From: Oscillospiraceae bacterium
GTDB lineage: Bacteria > Bacillota > Clostridia > Oscillospirales > Acutalibacteraceae
Assembly (NCBI GenBank): GCA_015065925.1
Contig: SVPL01000003.1
Location: 18,422-82,421 of the forward strand
Direction of reading: 5' to 3'
DNA: 64,000 nucleotides
In this document: one piece after another, positions 26,884 to 36,925 of the stretch
Layout of the letters: every line of letters starts with the position of its first letter
Numbering within the stretch: the first letter of the stretch is position 1
Program-made: the position numbers and the translations under genes
The notes under the pieces: generated by a model
Database searches by the model: none
Seen by the model: the letters and a program-made list of their open reading frames with translations, nothing else
Told to the model about the DNA's origin: nothing

Positions 26884-28380
26884 ATGGAAAAATACATTTT
26901 GGCTTTAGACCAGGGTACAACCAGCTCCCGCGCAATTTTATTCTCCCGCGCGGGAGAAATTGTTTCTACCGCTTCCAAGGATTTTAAGCAGATTTTTCCC
27001 CATCCCGGTTGGGTTGAGCAGAACCCTTTGGATATTTTGGAAAGTCAGCTTTACTCCCTTAAAAAAGCGGTAGAGGATAAAAACATTTCACCCTCAGAAA
27101 TTGGGGCAGTAGGAATTACCAATCAACGCGAAACGGTAATAGTTTGGGAAAAAGCAAACGGAAAACCCGTATGCAACGCCATTGTATGGCAATGCCGCCG
27201 CACCGCCGATTACTGCGAAAATTTAAAAGCACGCGGTCTTGAAGAATACATAAAAAATATTACGGGACTTCCCATAGATGCCTATTTTAGCGGTACTAAA
27301 ATCGGGTGGATTTTGGATAATGTGCCAAACGCCCGTGAAATGGCAGAAAAGGGCGAGCTTTTGGCAGGTACTGTGGATAGCTGGCTTATTTGGAATTTAA
27401 GCGGTGGTAAGCTGCATATTACAGATGTTTCCAACGCCTCCCGCACAATGCTTTTTGATATAAACAGGCTTGAATATTCCAAAAAGCTTTGTGATACAAT
27501 GGGTATTCCAATAAGTATGCTTCCAAAGGTGGTACCAACAAGCGAAATTTACGGCGAAATTAACTGCGACGCCCTTCCCGAATTTAAGGGTATTCCCATT
27601 TGCAGTGCGGTGGGTGACCAACAAGCCTCCCTTTTTGGACAGTGTTGTTTTGGCGTGGGTGATACCAAAAACACCTACGGTACAGGCTGTTTCACCCTTA
27701 TGAATATTGGTGATAAGCCCGTTTTATCCAAGAATTTAATAACAACTGTGGGTTGGAAAATCGGCGAAAAAACCGTCTATGCCGCCGAGGGAAGTGTTTT
27801 CAACGCAGGTTCATCCATAAAATGGCTCCGCGATGAAATGGGCATTATCTCTACACCGCGGGAATGTGATGAGCTTGCCGAAACCCTGACTGATAACGGC
27901 GGAGTTTACTTTGTTTCGGCATTTACGGGGCTTGGCGCTCCCCATTGGGATATGTATGCCCGCGGCACCCTTACGGGACTTACTCGTGGAACGGGCAGAG
28001 CCCATATTTGCCGTGCCGTTTTGGAGGGAATTGCCTATCAGGTAACCGACCTTATTCGCGCTATGGAGCAGGAATTTGGTTGCCCCATCACCGTAATAAA
28101 GGTGGATGGCGGAGCATCGGTAAGCCGATTTTTAATGCAGTTTCAATCCGATATGCTCAGAATAGAGGTTAAACGCCCAACCATTACCGAGGCAACCGCT
28201 TTTGGCGCCGCCCTGCTTGCGGGACTTGCCATAGGCTTTTGGAAGGATACCGATGAAATTGCAAAAATAGTAGAAAATGGTGGGTATACCCAATTTTCAC
28301 CCCAAAAAACTCTTGCCGATGCCGATAAGCTTTATGGTGAATGGAAATTAGCCGTAAAACGGACTAAAAGCGATATTTAA
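26884..28380 (+). CDS. glpK: Glycerol kinase
   Basis: KYILALDQGTTSSRAILF and ITNQRETVIVW motifs with typical GlpK length. The start is 1 nt after the upstream stop codon. Confidence 0.95.
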   Translation: MEKYILALDQGTTSSRAILFSRAGEIVSTASKDFKQIFPHPGWVEQNPLDILESQLYSLKKAVEDKNISPSEIGAVGITNQRETVIVWEKANGKPVCNAIVWQCRRTADYCENLKARGLEEYIKNITGLPIDAYFSGTKIGWILDNVPNAREMAEKGELLAGTVDSWLIWNLSGGKLHITDVSNASRTMLFDINRLEYSKKLCDTMGIPISMLPKVVPTSEIYGEINCDALPEFKGIPICSAVGDQQASLFGQCCFGVGDTKNTYGTGCFTLMNIGDKPVLSKNLITTVGWKIGEKTVYAAEGSVFNAGSSIKWLRDEMGIISTPRECDELAETLTDNGGVYFVSAFTGLGAPHWDMYARGTLTGLTRGTGRAHICRAVLEGIAYQVTDLIRAMEQEFGCPITVIKVDGGASVSRFLMQFQSDMLRIEVKRPTITEATAFGAALLAGLAIGFWKDTDEIAKIVENGGYTQFSPQKTLADADKLYGEWKLAVKRTKSDI

Positions 28381-28397
28381 AAAAGGAGTTAAATTTT

Positions 28398-28733
28398 ATG
28401 AAAAAGTTGTTATCCTTAGTTCTTGTTTTTGCCCTTATGCTTACCCTTACCGCCTGTGGTGAAGGTGACTGGCGCGAAACCTTACAGGAATTTGAAGTTT
28501 TTATTGAAGACTATGTAAAGGTTATGCAGGATTACGCGCAAAATCCTAATGATGAGTCACTTAAGCAAAAAGTGGAGGCAATGCAAGAGGAAGTTGACGA
28601 ATGGGATACCAAAATTAAAAAAATCGGCGAGGAGTTAGAGGGCACCGCCGACGAAGATGAATTTAAAACCAAGCAAATGGAGTTATATACCAAGCTTTTG
28701 CAATCGGTGGTGGTTTCATCAAGCCCAGCCTAA
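28398..28733 (+). CDS. Small acidic helical lipoprotein of unknown function
   Basis: Lipobox LTLTAC-G. GGAG RBS. 111 aa. Confidence 0.65.
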   Translation: MKKLLSLVLVFALMLTLTACGEGDWRETLQEFEVFIEDYVKVMQDYAQNPNDESLKQKVEAMQEEVDEWDTKIKKIGEELEGTADEDEFKTKQMELYTKLLQSVVVSSSPA

Positions 28734-28778
28734 ATCCCCTATTTTATACTTTTTAAAAACAATATATTAAAATCTTAA

Positions 28779-28811
28779 GCAGAAAATTTTGTTGATTTTC
28801 TGCTTTTTTTA
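28779..28811 (+). terminator. Intrinsic terminator after the glpK-lipoprotein unit
   Basis: AGCAGAAAAT pairs with ATTTTCTGCT, followed by TTTTTTT. Confidence 0.8.
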
Positions 28812-28868
28812 TGTTATATTGTAAAATAGATATTTTAATAAAGATTTTAAACAAAGGATGTAGGTAAT

Positions 28869-30794
28869 ATGAAAAAAGCTTCCACGGTATCATCCAAAAA
28901 CACCGAAAAGCTTTATAATAATTTTCCAAGAATTTTTAAATGGATTTTTTCAAAAAGCGGTGTAATAACCATAGCCTTTGAGCATTTTTTGGCTATGCTT
29001 CCCGCTACCATTCTTGTTCCCATTCTTGTAAATAACAGTTGCGGTTCAATTATAGATGTTTCTCTTGTGCTTTTTACAAGCGGTTTGGGTACAATAGTTT
29101 TTTCTCTTTTTTCAATGCTTAGAATTGACCGCGAAAAAAAGAAGTTTTACATAGATAAACCAATACCTGCATATTTAGGCTCCAGCTTTGCCTACATAGC
29201 CATTACCATTTATCTTTTAGACAGTCATATGAACATAGGCATTGAACCTAATATGGCATTTGTATATGTTGGGTGGGCGTATTTCTTTAGCAGTATACTG
29301 TTAATAATTTTCTCAACAATGTTCTATTTTATTAAAGGCTTAGACCGTTTTCTTAATAAATATCTACCCGCTACCGTTATAGGCCCTGCCATATCCCTTA
29401 TAGGCTTGGAGCTTTCTGATACCGCTATATCCGATGCGGGATTTAAAACCGCCAACGGAATGGATTTAAACGCTATTTTAGTTTCAATGATTACCCTTTC
29501 GGTTATAATATTACTTTCTGTTATTCGCCGCAAGTTCTGGAATAACGCCGCCATTATATTAGGCGTTGTAACGGGATATATAGTCTACATAATGGTAAAC
29601 GGAATGCCCCAAATCGCTATAGGCTCTATTTTTGATATATCAAAGCTTGATTTCCATTTACCCCTTATGACCTTGCCTAAAAATTGGATACGCCTTTTGA
29701 TTTCAATTATCCCCGCAACCTTGGTGGTGTTTACCGAAAGCATTGGCCGTGTTACCGTAATTAACCGTATGACAAACGGCGACAGTGATGCCAAAATATT
29801 CGATGAAAAATCCATTAAGGTTATTGGCAGTGCCGTTTTATCACACGGCTTTGCCTCCCTTTCTTCGGTGCTTGTTGGTTCTGTACCCAATACCATTTAT
29901 GCCGAAAACATTGCGGTTATGGGCATTTACCGAAACAAAAAAGACCGTAAAGACCCTTGCGAATTTGTTAATAAAATAACCGATCCCTACTCCTCAGCGC
30001 CCTATTTAATAGCCGCCGTTATTGCAATGCTTTTTGCTTTTTCGGGTTTTCTTCAAAATATTATTCTAAGCATACCTAAGCCCGTTATCGGCGGTATGGA
30101 ATTGTTTTTGTTCGGTATAATCTCTGCCCCCGGTATTCAGTTATTGGTTGAGCAAAGGGTTAATTACAAAAAAATATCAAATCAAATTATCACCGCCTCG
30201 GTTCTGCTTACGGGTATAAGTGAGCTTAGCATAAAAATTAATTGGTTTGAAATTAAGGGTATGTCATTAGGCTTGGTTGTAGGCTTTTGTTTGAATATTT
30301 TGGTATTATTTTTAAAATGGATGGGAATTTTGTGTGATCCCATAACAATAGATGAAGCGGCAAAAAGCTGTCTTTCCGCCGTTCAAAAAAGCAGCGATAA
30401 GGTAACGGTTTACATTCCAAACTGCCCCGATTTAAAGGACATTCCCGAAAACAAAAAATTGATTTCCATTTTAGAGGGCTTTGGCAATGATGCAAGGTCT
30501 GAGGATTGGCGTGATAACATCTCCCGAGCCAGCGAAATATCATTGAGAAATACGTCGGGCGACGATATTGTTTGCATAAACAAACACGAAAACAGTCTTA
30601 CGGTAAGTATTCTTAAGGATGTTTTGAGTGAGCAGCTTATTGCGGCATATTTAAACGATTACAATGATGCCACCGATGTGAATAAAGAGATGGATGATAA
30701 CGAGGAGGTAGTTGCAGAATATTTGGTTATTGACCTTTCGCGCAACATTCCTCTTAGAAAAATCGAAACCTTAATAAAACAAATAGAGTGGTAA
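28869..30794 (+). CDS. NCS2 (uracil/xanthine permease) family transporter with an extra C-terminal cytoplasmic domain of about 150 aa
   Basis: AFEHFLAMLPATILVPILV signature and many TM helices up to about aa 485. A soluble tail of unknown family follows. Confidence 0.75.
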   Translation: MKKASTVSSKNTEKLYNNFPRIFKWIFSKSGVITIAFEHFLAMLPATILVPILVNNSCGSIIDVSLVLFTSGLGTIVFSLFSMLRIDREKKKFYIDKPIPAYLGSSFAYIAITIYLLDSHMNIGIEPNMAFVYVGWAYFFSSILLIIFSTMFYFIKGLDRFLNKYLPATVIGPAISLIGLELSDTAISDAGFKTANGMDLNAILVSMITLSVIILLSVIRRKFWNNAAIILGVVTGYIVYIMVNGMPQIAIGSIFDISKLDFHLPLMTLPKNWIRLLISIIPATLVVFTESIGRVTVINRMTNGDSDAKIFDEKSIKVIGSAVLSHGFASLSSVLVGSVPNTIYAENIAVMGIYRNKKDRKDPCEFVNKITDPYSSAPYLIAAVIAMLFAFSGFLQNIILSIPKPVIGGMELFLFGIISAPGIQLLVEQRVNYKKISNQIITASVLLTGISELSIKINWFEIKGMSLGLVVGFCLNILVLFLKWMGILCDPITIDEAAKSCLSAVQKSSDKVTVYIPNCPDLKDIPENKKLISILEGFGNDARSEDWRDNISRASEISLRNTSGDDIVCINKHENSLTVSILKDVLSEQLIAAYLNDYNDATDVNKEMDDNEEVVAEYLVIDLSRNIPLRKIETLIKQIEW

Positions 30795-30842
30795 CGGCTT
30801 AAAATTGTGATGTAAAAATCCACATTTGAATACAAAAAAATC

Positions 30843-30890
30843 AACCGTAATAGAAACAAGGAAAATTCAGCGTTTCTATTACGGTTTTTG
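30843..30890. terminator. Hairpin terminator belonging to a repeat family (CCGTAATAGAAAC stem), copy 1
   Basis: AACCGTAATAGAAAC (30843-30857) pairs with GTTTCTATTACGGTT (30872-30886), then TTT. It lies between convergent genes. Confidence 0.8.
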
Positions 30891-30908
30891 TGTATATGTA
30901 TATATTTT

Positions 30909-33900
30909 TTACCCTATACTAAGAAAATAATCTACAACTCCCTTAACAATGGCGTCGGCGCATTTTTCGTTCCAAGCGTTGTCTTTTATGTTTGCAAAAT
31001 CGTTACTATTGCTCATAAATCCGTTTTCGGTCAGCACAACGGGGCAGTTTGAAATTCGCGACATATAAAATACATGCCATTTGGTATCATATTTTGTGTA
31101 TGTTCCCGATTTAGATGTGGCGTTTTTAATTTTATCTGCCGCCGCTTTGGTATATGCATTGAAATAGTGAGCACTAAAACCGCGGGCTGAACTGTCATCT
31201 GCCGCATTTCTATGCACCGAAACGGCAAGGTCGGGATTGTTATTTCTAACAACCAAAATTCGTTCATCAGATGTTAAGGATTTATCGGTAGTACGAGTCA
31301 TAATAACCGTTGCGCCAAGGGATTCCAAACGGGATTTTAGCATTTTAGAAAGGGTTAGACTTCTTTCTGCCTCGGTTAAGGTTTTGTGGTTACCCACCGC
31401 ACCGGGGTCACTGCCGCCGTGACCTGGGTCAACAACTATTTTTATTCCGTCTAATCTGCCACCGTATTTATTATCTGCTTTAGTGGCTTTTTTAGGATTA
31501 AGGAATTTAAACACCAAATCGCCGTCGCTGTTATAATCGGCAGTCCAACCGTAAAAGGCGCCCGTCTTTTTAAGGTAGAGTCTTAAGGTGTAATCGGCGG
31601 TGTTTTTAATAATCTGCGCCCTGCTGAAAACAGGACTGTTTGCAATTTCACTCAAAGCAATATCAAGTCCCGTGGCATAACAGAAGGTTATATCCACATA
31701 ATTAAAGGTTGCAGAGGATATTGTACCGCGGGCGCTGCCCGTGGCAGAGGCATATTTTTGAGGGGAAATCTCCAGCTTAAAGGGGGAGCGCCACTCGGTT
31801 TTAAGGGTTAGCGTAGTGTGACTGCCCTCATATGTAAATTTGCTTAAAGAGAGTTTGTTTTTTGAAGGCAAACTGCCACGCATAGTGCGGATATTTGCAA
31901 CACCCTTGCTGGTTGTATAAACCCTTTTTCCATATCCAAGCAAACGGTATGTATTGCCCGAAGACGAATCATAAATGGTACTTTCGCTACAATAATCAAG
32001 GGTGCCTTTTGGCAGATAACTGTTGTATGGCTGTGAAAGGTCGTTTATTTTATCTCCGTCAAAGGTTTCGATTTGATATTTTGTAACCTCGGCAATAAGC
32101 TTATTTCCAACCGCCATATAGCCTCCCGAATTAGGTGGCAATTCACCGTCTGTAGAGGAAGACGGTTCTTCAGGCTTTTTATTAACGGTGATTTTACCGC
32201 CGTAAAAGCTCTCACTAACCCCATTGTGGGTACCAACAAATTTAATATTGCCAAGAGATACCGCCTGCTCCTTTGCTTCGGGAAGTGTTACAATACCCTT
32301 ATATTCTGCAAAATCGGAATAGGCTTGTTCCTCGGTCATTTCAAGGGGATAGGTTTCCCCATTAAGCACCGCCTTAACTGTACTGCCCCTTCTGGCTAGA
32401 ACGGTTACCATAATTGCGGCTCCCCCATCCTGCTTTAAAGCTGAAGAAGGAGTGTAGCTTTTTATAACAACATAGCGATAGTTAACATTAAAAGACTTGA
32501 TTGTACCCTTATGCTCAAAGGTGAATTTATTTGAGCCCACCTTTAAATCAAGCTGTAAAGAAAAATATCCGTCCTTTGTTCTTTCTGCCTCTTTCCCGTT
32601 TAAAAGAAGGGGAAAATTAGGATCAGAAGCACCTATAAAGGCAATGGAATTTTCATAGGTTGTAAAATCACTTTTGGCGGGAGAGGTTATAGAAAGCTCA
32701 CGCATAATGTAATCTTCCTCTACCTCGCCCGTAAGGTACTTATAAACAAGCTCCGTACTACCCGTAGTATTGGATTTAAGGTCAGAAAAGCTATTGAAAC
32801 AGAAAACATAGCGATTAATTTCATTAAGGATTTTTAATTGTCTGCCAAGCTGGTCGGGATTTTTCCAATCCCCCTCAGCCTTTAGCGCCAAATCACTTGA
32901 AAGAATAAAGCCTATATCACAGTTTACAGGGGTGTTTTCGCTCCACCACTTAACCATAGCTTCAAAGGGGAGGGTGTCAGAATAGGTAGTGGTTTGAGCC
33001 CTTGCAAAAACAATATCAAACAGTCCCTTTTCCATCCAAAGCAGAACATCTGCATTTTTGTCCCTTAAAAGTTCAGTATCCGCCGTGGCGTCAAGACCTG
33101 TTTCTAAAACCTCCTTGGTAGCGTAAACTCCGTCGGTAATAAGTCCCAAAAGCTTTGATGGGGCTTTTTTTCTCGCTTCGGTTGACAGGGCTTGAACAAG
33201 TTTATTAAGTAGATTTTGGCGGTAATCCTTAAATCCTGACAGGGTTCCCATTGCAATGTAGTTTTTAAAATCGTCCTCATTGCCCGAATACTCAACACCG
33301 CTTAGCATTATGCCGTCAAGCCCCTCTAAACTGAGCATTTTTCCAAAATTTTTAGTGATATACTCGGTAGAAGGGGCAGTACATATGTTTTCGCCCGCAA
33401 GTATTGTAACATCCAAAACTCCGTAAACAGAAAGGGCTTTTTCTTTGGCGGCGGCAGAAAGATTTTCAAACGCTAACCTGCCCTGCTCTGTTTCGGTAAA
33501 AAGATTGCTGTCGGAATTGAAGTTAACAAAAATTGTGGTAAATCCATTAGTGCTTATTTCATCCGTAAGGGCTAAAAGCTCATCTTTTGTGGCAGAAAGG
33601 GAGAAATCCTTATCGGGTGAAAGGGTTACCGAAAACATTTTAGATGGACGCTGAGGTTTTGCAAGGGAAGCGTCTGCCGACTCCGACTGGGTAGCTTGTA
33701 AATCGGGCTCGGTCAAGCTTTCAGATGAAAATTCGGTTAATTGGGTTATATTCGAGCCACCCGTTTCAAACCATTTTAAGGGGTTTACAATATCAAAATA
33801 ATAAAGCAAAAATCCCGCCAAAGCAACCAATAAAGCAATAGCTACAGACAAAACAATCCTAAGCCTGCGAGTAAAGCTCGGGCGGTGCTTTTTATGTTTT

Positions 33901-33992
33901 TGTTTTTTGTCCTTTTTCTCCAATTGCTTTATGTAGCTATCTATTATTTCGCTTTGGGTTGGAGAATTTTGTTTTTCGTCCCTATTTTTCAA
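30909..33992 (-). CDS. Large membrane-anchored cell-wall protein with a C-terminal N-acetylmuramoyl-L-alanine amidase (Amidase_3) domain
   Basis: N-terminal TM helix IVLSVAIALLVALAGFLLYYF. C-terminal motifs VVDPGHGGSDPGAVG, AVSVHRNA and VLTENGFMSN. TTG start with a GGAGAG RBS, 11 nt after the upstream gene. Confidence 0.8.
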   Translation of the reverse strand: MKNRDEKQNSPTQSEIIDSYIKQLEKKDKKQKHKKHRPSFTRRLRIVLSVAIALLVALAGFLLYYFDIVNPLKWFETGGSNITQLTEFSSESLTEPDLQATQSESADASLAKPQRPSKMFSVTLSPDKDFSLSATKDELLALTDEISTNGFTTIFVNFNSDSNLFTETEQGRLAFENLSAAAKEKALSVYGVLDVTILAGENICTAPSTEYITKNFGKMLSLEGLDGIMLSGVEYSGNEDDFKNYIAMGTLSGFKDYRQNLLNKLVQALSTEARKKAPSKLLGLITDGVYATKEVLETGLDATADTELLRDKNADVLLWMEKGLFDIVFARAQTTTYSDTLPFEAMVKWWSENTPVNCDIGFILSSDLALKAEGDWKNPDQLGRQLKILNEINRYVFCFNSFSDLKSNTTGSTELVYKYLTGEVEEDYIMRELSITSPAKSDFTTYENSIAFIGASDPNFPLLLNGKEAERTKDGYFSLQLDLKVGSNKFTFEHKGTIKSFNVNYRYVVIKSYTPSSALKQDGGAAIMVTVLARRGSTVKAVLNGETYPLEMTEEQAYSDFAEYKGIVTLPEAKEQAVSLGNIKFVGTHNGVSESFYGGKITVNKKPEEPSSSTDGELPPNSGGYMAVGNKLIAEVTKYQIETFDGDKINDLSQPYNSYLPKGTLDYCSESTIYDSSSGNTYRLLGYGKRVYTTSKGVANIRTMRGSLPSKNKLSLSKFTYEGSHTTLTLKTEWRSPFKLEISPQKYASATGSARGTISSATFNYVDITFCYATGLDIALSEIANSPVFSRAQIIKNTADYTLRLYLKKTGAFYGWTADYNSDGDLVFKFLNPKKATKADNKYGGRLDGIKIVVDPGHGGSDPGAVGNHKTLTEAERSLTLSKMLKSRLESLGATVIMTRTTDKSLTSDERILVVRNNNPDLAVSVHRNAADDSSARGFSAHYFNAYTKAAADKIKNATSKSGTYTKYDTKWHVFYMSRISNCPVVLTENGFMSNSNDFANIKDNAWNEKCADAIVKGVVDYFLSIG

Positions 33993-34003
33993 ACCGTTCT
34001 CTC

Positions 34004-35479
34004 CTATTCGGATAGTGAATTTACCGCATCAAATAAATTTTTAATTTGAAGTGAATTATGCTGATTTTCTGACATACTTGCACTATAAGAAAAAACTGCA
34101 AAGCCTTCGGCACCAAGCTTCCATGCATCTAACACCTGTCGTGCCATAAGGTCGGTTTCATTATGCCATTCTTCCTTATCATCTACATTTTCGTTCATAC
34201 GGTAGGCGCCAAGCCCTATATAAAATTTAAGATTTTTATGCTTTGGAAGACTCGCCCAAATACCCAGCAAATAGTCGTATCTTGATTTTTTTACGGGATG
34301 GTTATATCCAAAATAAAGCTGAGGAAGTATGTAATCCACATAGCCCTCCTCCCTCATCCAAAGGGCAATATCGGCATAAAGAAGATTATAATTATCGTGA
34401 GAATTATCATAGGAAATATTTGCCGCAGGACTTATGCCAAAAACCACCTTTTTACTGTGGCAAAGTCGGTATACAGCCGAAACCAAGGCATTTACATTGG
34501 CTCGGCGCCAGTCGGCAAGACATAGTGGATTTTCAGTTGCAGCCACATATGCGTTATACCTCATCGAATCAAAATCATCCGAAACCTTTTCGGGATAAAA
34601 ATAATCATCAAAATGAATTCCATCTACATTATAATTTGCCAAAATTTCCCGTATACCGTATAAAATAAGCTTTTGAACATCGGTTGAGGAGGGATTAAAA
34701 TATATACCGTTACCGCTTATAATGGCACGGTTACTGCCGTCGGTAAGCCAAGTTCTTGCAATATGCCCCTCGGCAAGCTCATTGGGATTTGTGGTAACAT
34801 TGCTAACCCTGTAAGGATTTATCCAAGCGTGAATTTCAAGACCGCACCTTTTTGCCGCCCAAATCATAATTTTTAAAGGATCATAGCCCGGATCACCACC
34901 GGGTGTGCCCGTAAGCTGCATTGCAAAGGGAAAATATTTTGATGGGTAAAAGGCGTCGGCATTGGCTCGAACGTGGCAAAAAACCGCCGTATAGCCCTGT
35001 TTTTTAGCAAGCGTCATCATCTCTAGCGTCTTGGTTTTTGCCTTTTGCTCATTACTGCCCCAAAACGGAAATTCGTAGTAAGAAATCCAAAGGGCTCTGA
35101 AGGACATTTTTTCATCCCTTGTAACGGTATGATTTGGATTTGATGTGACTACAGATGATGCAGAGGGTAACGAGGTAGTAACCCCACCCAAAGAACTGTT
35201 TATATCATCTGAAAAATCGCTTTGAAGGGAAGTGGTGCTTGAACTGTGGCTTGTTAAAGCCCCCTCGTTCAATTGGGAATTTGTGTCAGACAAAAGCTCC
35301 TCTAAAAGCGACTGCTCATATCTTTGGAGCTCAGAATTATCTTCCGAGAATGAATAAAGCAAATCTCCCCCTTGGTTTGAGGAGGCTGTAAGCTTCATAT
35401 TATCTTTACCGCATCCCGAAAGAAGCACCAAAGCGAAGGTCAAAATAAGGGCAAGCGCCCGCTTTAGAAAAATTTTCAT
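34004..35479 (-). CDS. Lipoprotein, glycoside-hydrolase-like family 10 (GHL10/DUF187, YngK-like)
   Basis: Lipobox LLSGC-G. FRALWISYYEF, AVFCHVRANADAFYPS and EIHAWINPYRV motifs. Confidence 0.75.
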   Translation of the reverse strand: MKIFLKRALALILTFALVLLSGCGKDNMKLTASSNQGGDLLYSFSEDNSELQRYEQSLLEELLSDTNSQLNEGALTSHSSSTTSLQSDFSDDINSSLGGVTTSLPSASSVVTSNPNHTVTRDEKMSFRALWISYYEFPFWGSNEQKAKTKTLEMMTLAKKQGYTAVFCHVRANADAFYPSKYFPFAMQLTGTPGGDPGYDPLKIMIWAAKRCGLEIHAWINPYRVSNVTTNPNELAEGHIARTWLTDGSNRAIISGNGIYFNPSSTDVQKLILYGIREILANYNVDGIHFDDYFYPEKVSDDFDSMRYNAYVAATENPLCLADWRRANVNALVSAVYRLCHSKKVVFGISPAANISYDNSHDNYNLLYADIALWMREEGYVDYILPQLYFGYNHPVKKSRYDYLLGIWASLPKHKNLKFYIGLGAYRMNENVDDKEEWHNETDLMARQVLDAWKLGAEGFAVFSYSASMSENQHNSLQIKNLFDAVNSLSE

Positions 35480-35607
35480 ATAATATTATTTTACCTCTTT
35501 TTGCGACTAAAATCAACAAATTTTATTTATAAAATTATGGAAATTTTAATTTATTCCTATAAAATTAATTTATGCCTGCAAAAACCATATAATACCTAAA
35601 TAAATTA

Positions 35608-35636
35608 TTGAAATAGCCGCAAGAATAAGTTATAAT
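35608..35636 (+). promoter_or_regulatory. Sigma-A promoter of trxA-trxB
   Basis: TTGAAA (35608-35613), 17-nt spacer, TATAAT (35631-35636). Confidence 0.6.
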
Positions 35637-35675
35637 AATTATTAGAAGCTTAAAAAAAGAAAGGTTGCAAAAGCT

Positions 35676-35984
35676 ATGTCTATTATTAAGGTAAATAAAT
35701 CAAACTTTGAAGAAATTAAAAACAGCGAAAAAAGGGTTCTTTTGGATTTTTATGCCGATTGGTGCGGCCCTTGTAAAATGGTAGCTCCTATTTTAGAGGA
35801 AATCGCAGAGGAAAATCCTCAGTACACCATATGCAAAATTAATGTGGACGAAAACCCCGATTTAGCTATGGAATTTGGTGTTTCCACCATTCCTAATCTT
35901 ATTGTTATGGAAAACGGAGCAATTATAAAGCAAATAGCAGGCGCCCGTCCCAAGGCTGCCATTTTAAAAATGCTTGAGGAATAA
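35676..35984 (+). CDS. trxA: Thioredoxin
   Basis: WCGPC active site. 102 aa. Confidence 0.95.
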   Translation: MSIIKVNKSNFEEIKNSEKRVLLDFYADWCGPCKMVAPILEEIAEENPQYTICKINVDENPDLAMEFGVSTIPNLIVMENGAIIKQIAGARPKAAILKMLEE

Positions 35985-35990
35985 TTTGCT

Positions 35991-36908
35991 ATGTCGGTTT
36001 ATGATATTATAATTATCGGTGGCGGGCCTGCGGGCTACACCGCCGCCCTTTATGCCGCCCGCGCAGGCTTCAATACCCTTGTAATAGAGCGAATGTCGGC
36101 AGGCGGTCAGCTTGCCCTTACCGATGTGGTAGATAACTATCCGGGCTTTGACGAGGGTATAGACGGCTTTACCTTAGGTATGAAAATGCAAAGCTCGGCA
36201 GAACGCTTTGGCGCCGTTACCGAATACGCCGAGGTTACAGCCCTTGATTTAAAGGGCAAAATCAAAAAGGTAATAACCGACTTTGGAGAATTTGAAGCAA
36301 AGACCGTAATTATTGCCACAGGCGCAAACCCAAGAGAGCTTAATTTACCCCGCGAAAAGGAGCTTTTGGGCAAGGGTGTTCACTACTGCGCCCATTGTGA
36401 CGGCAGATTTTATAGGGATAAAATAGTTGCGGTTGTAGGTGGAGGAAACTCGGCAGTGTCGGACGCTTTATACCTCAGCCGACTTGCCAAAAAGGTTTAT
36501 CTTATCCACAGACGGGACACTCTTAGAGCCACTAAAATTTATCACGAGCCACTAAAAACCGCCGAAAATATTGAGTTTATTCCTGATAGCATAGTAGCCG
36601 AATTTTTAGGCGAGCAAAGGGTAAGCGGTGCTAAACTGAAAAATCTTAAAAGCGGTGAGGAAACCGAAATTTCCAGTGACGGCATTTTTGTTAGCATTGG
36701 CAGAGAACCCGCCACAGGGCTTTTGAATAATATTTTAGATTTAGATGAATACGGTTACATTATTGCCGACGAAACCACAAAAACAAGCATTGAGGGCGTT
36801 TTTGCGGTAGGCGATGTGCGTCAAAAGGCTTTAAGGCAGATTGTTACTGCCGTTTCGGACGGTGCCACCGCCGTACACTTTGCCGAGGAATATTTATCAA
36901 ATTTCTAA
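35991..36908 (+). CDS. trxB: Thioredoxin-disulfide reductase
   Basis: GGGPAGYTAALYAAR FAD motif, CAHCDG redox centre and GGGNSA NADPH motif. Confidence 0.93.
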   Translation: MSVYDIIIIGGGPAGYTAALYAARAGFNTLVIERMSAGGQLALTDVVDNYPGFDEGIDGFTLGMKMQSSAERFGAVTEYAEVTALDLKGKIKKVITDFGEFEAKTVIIATGANPRELNLPREKELLGKGVHYCAHCDGRFYRDKIVAVVGGGNSAVSDALYLSRLAKKVYLIHRRDTLRATKIYHEPLKTAENIEFIPDSIVAEFLGEQRVSGAKLKNLKSGEETEISSDGIFVSIGREPATGLLNNILDLDEYGYIIADETTKTSIEGVFAVGDVRQKALRQIVTAVSDGATAVHFAEEYLSNF

Positions 36909-36925
36909 AGGATTGGGAAAAAATT

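Noticed and set aside
28734-28868. Search for purine, PyrR, FMN or SAM leaders upstream of the NCS2 permease, ribF, metA and metH, and for any tRNA, rRNA or CRISPR array
   Set aside because: No conserved riboswitch cores, cloverleaf-like segments or regularly spaced direct repeats were seen by eye. A covariance-model scan would be needed to be definitive.
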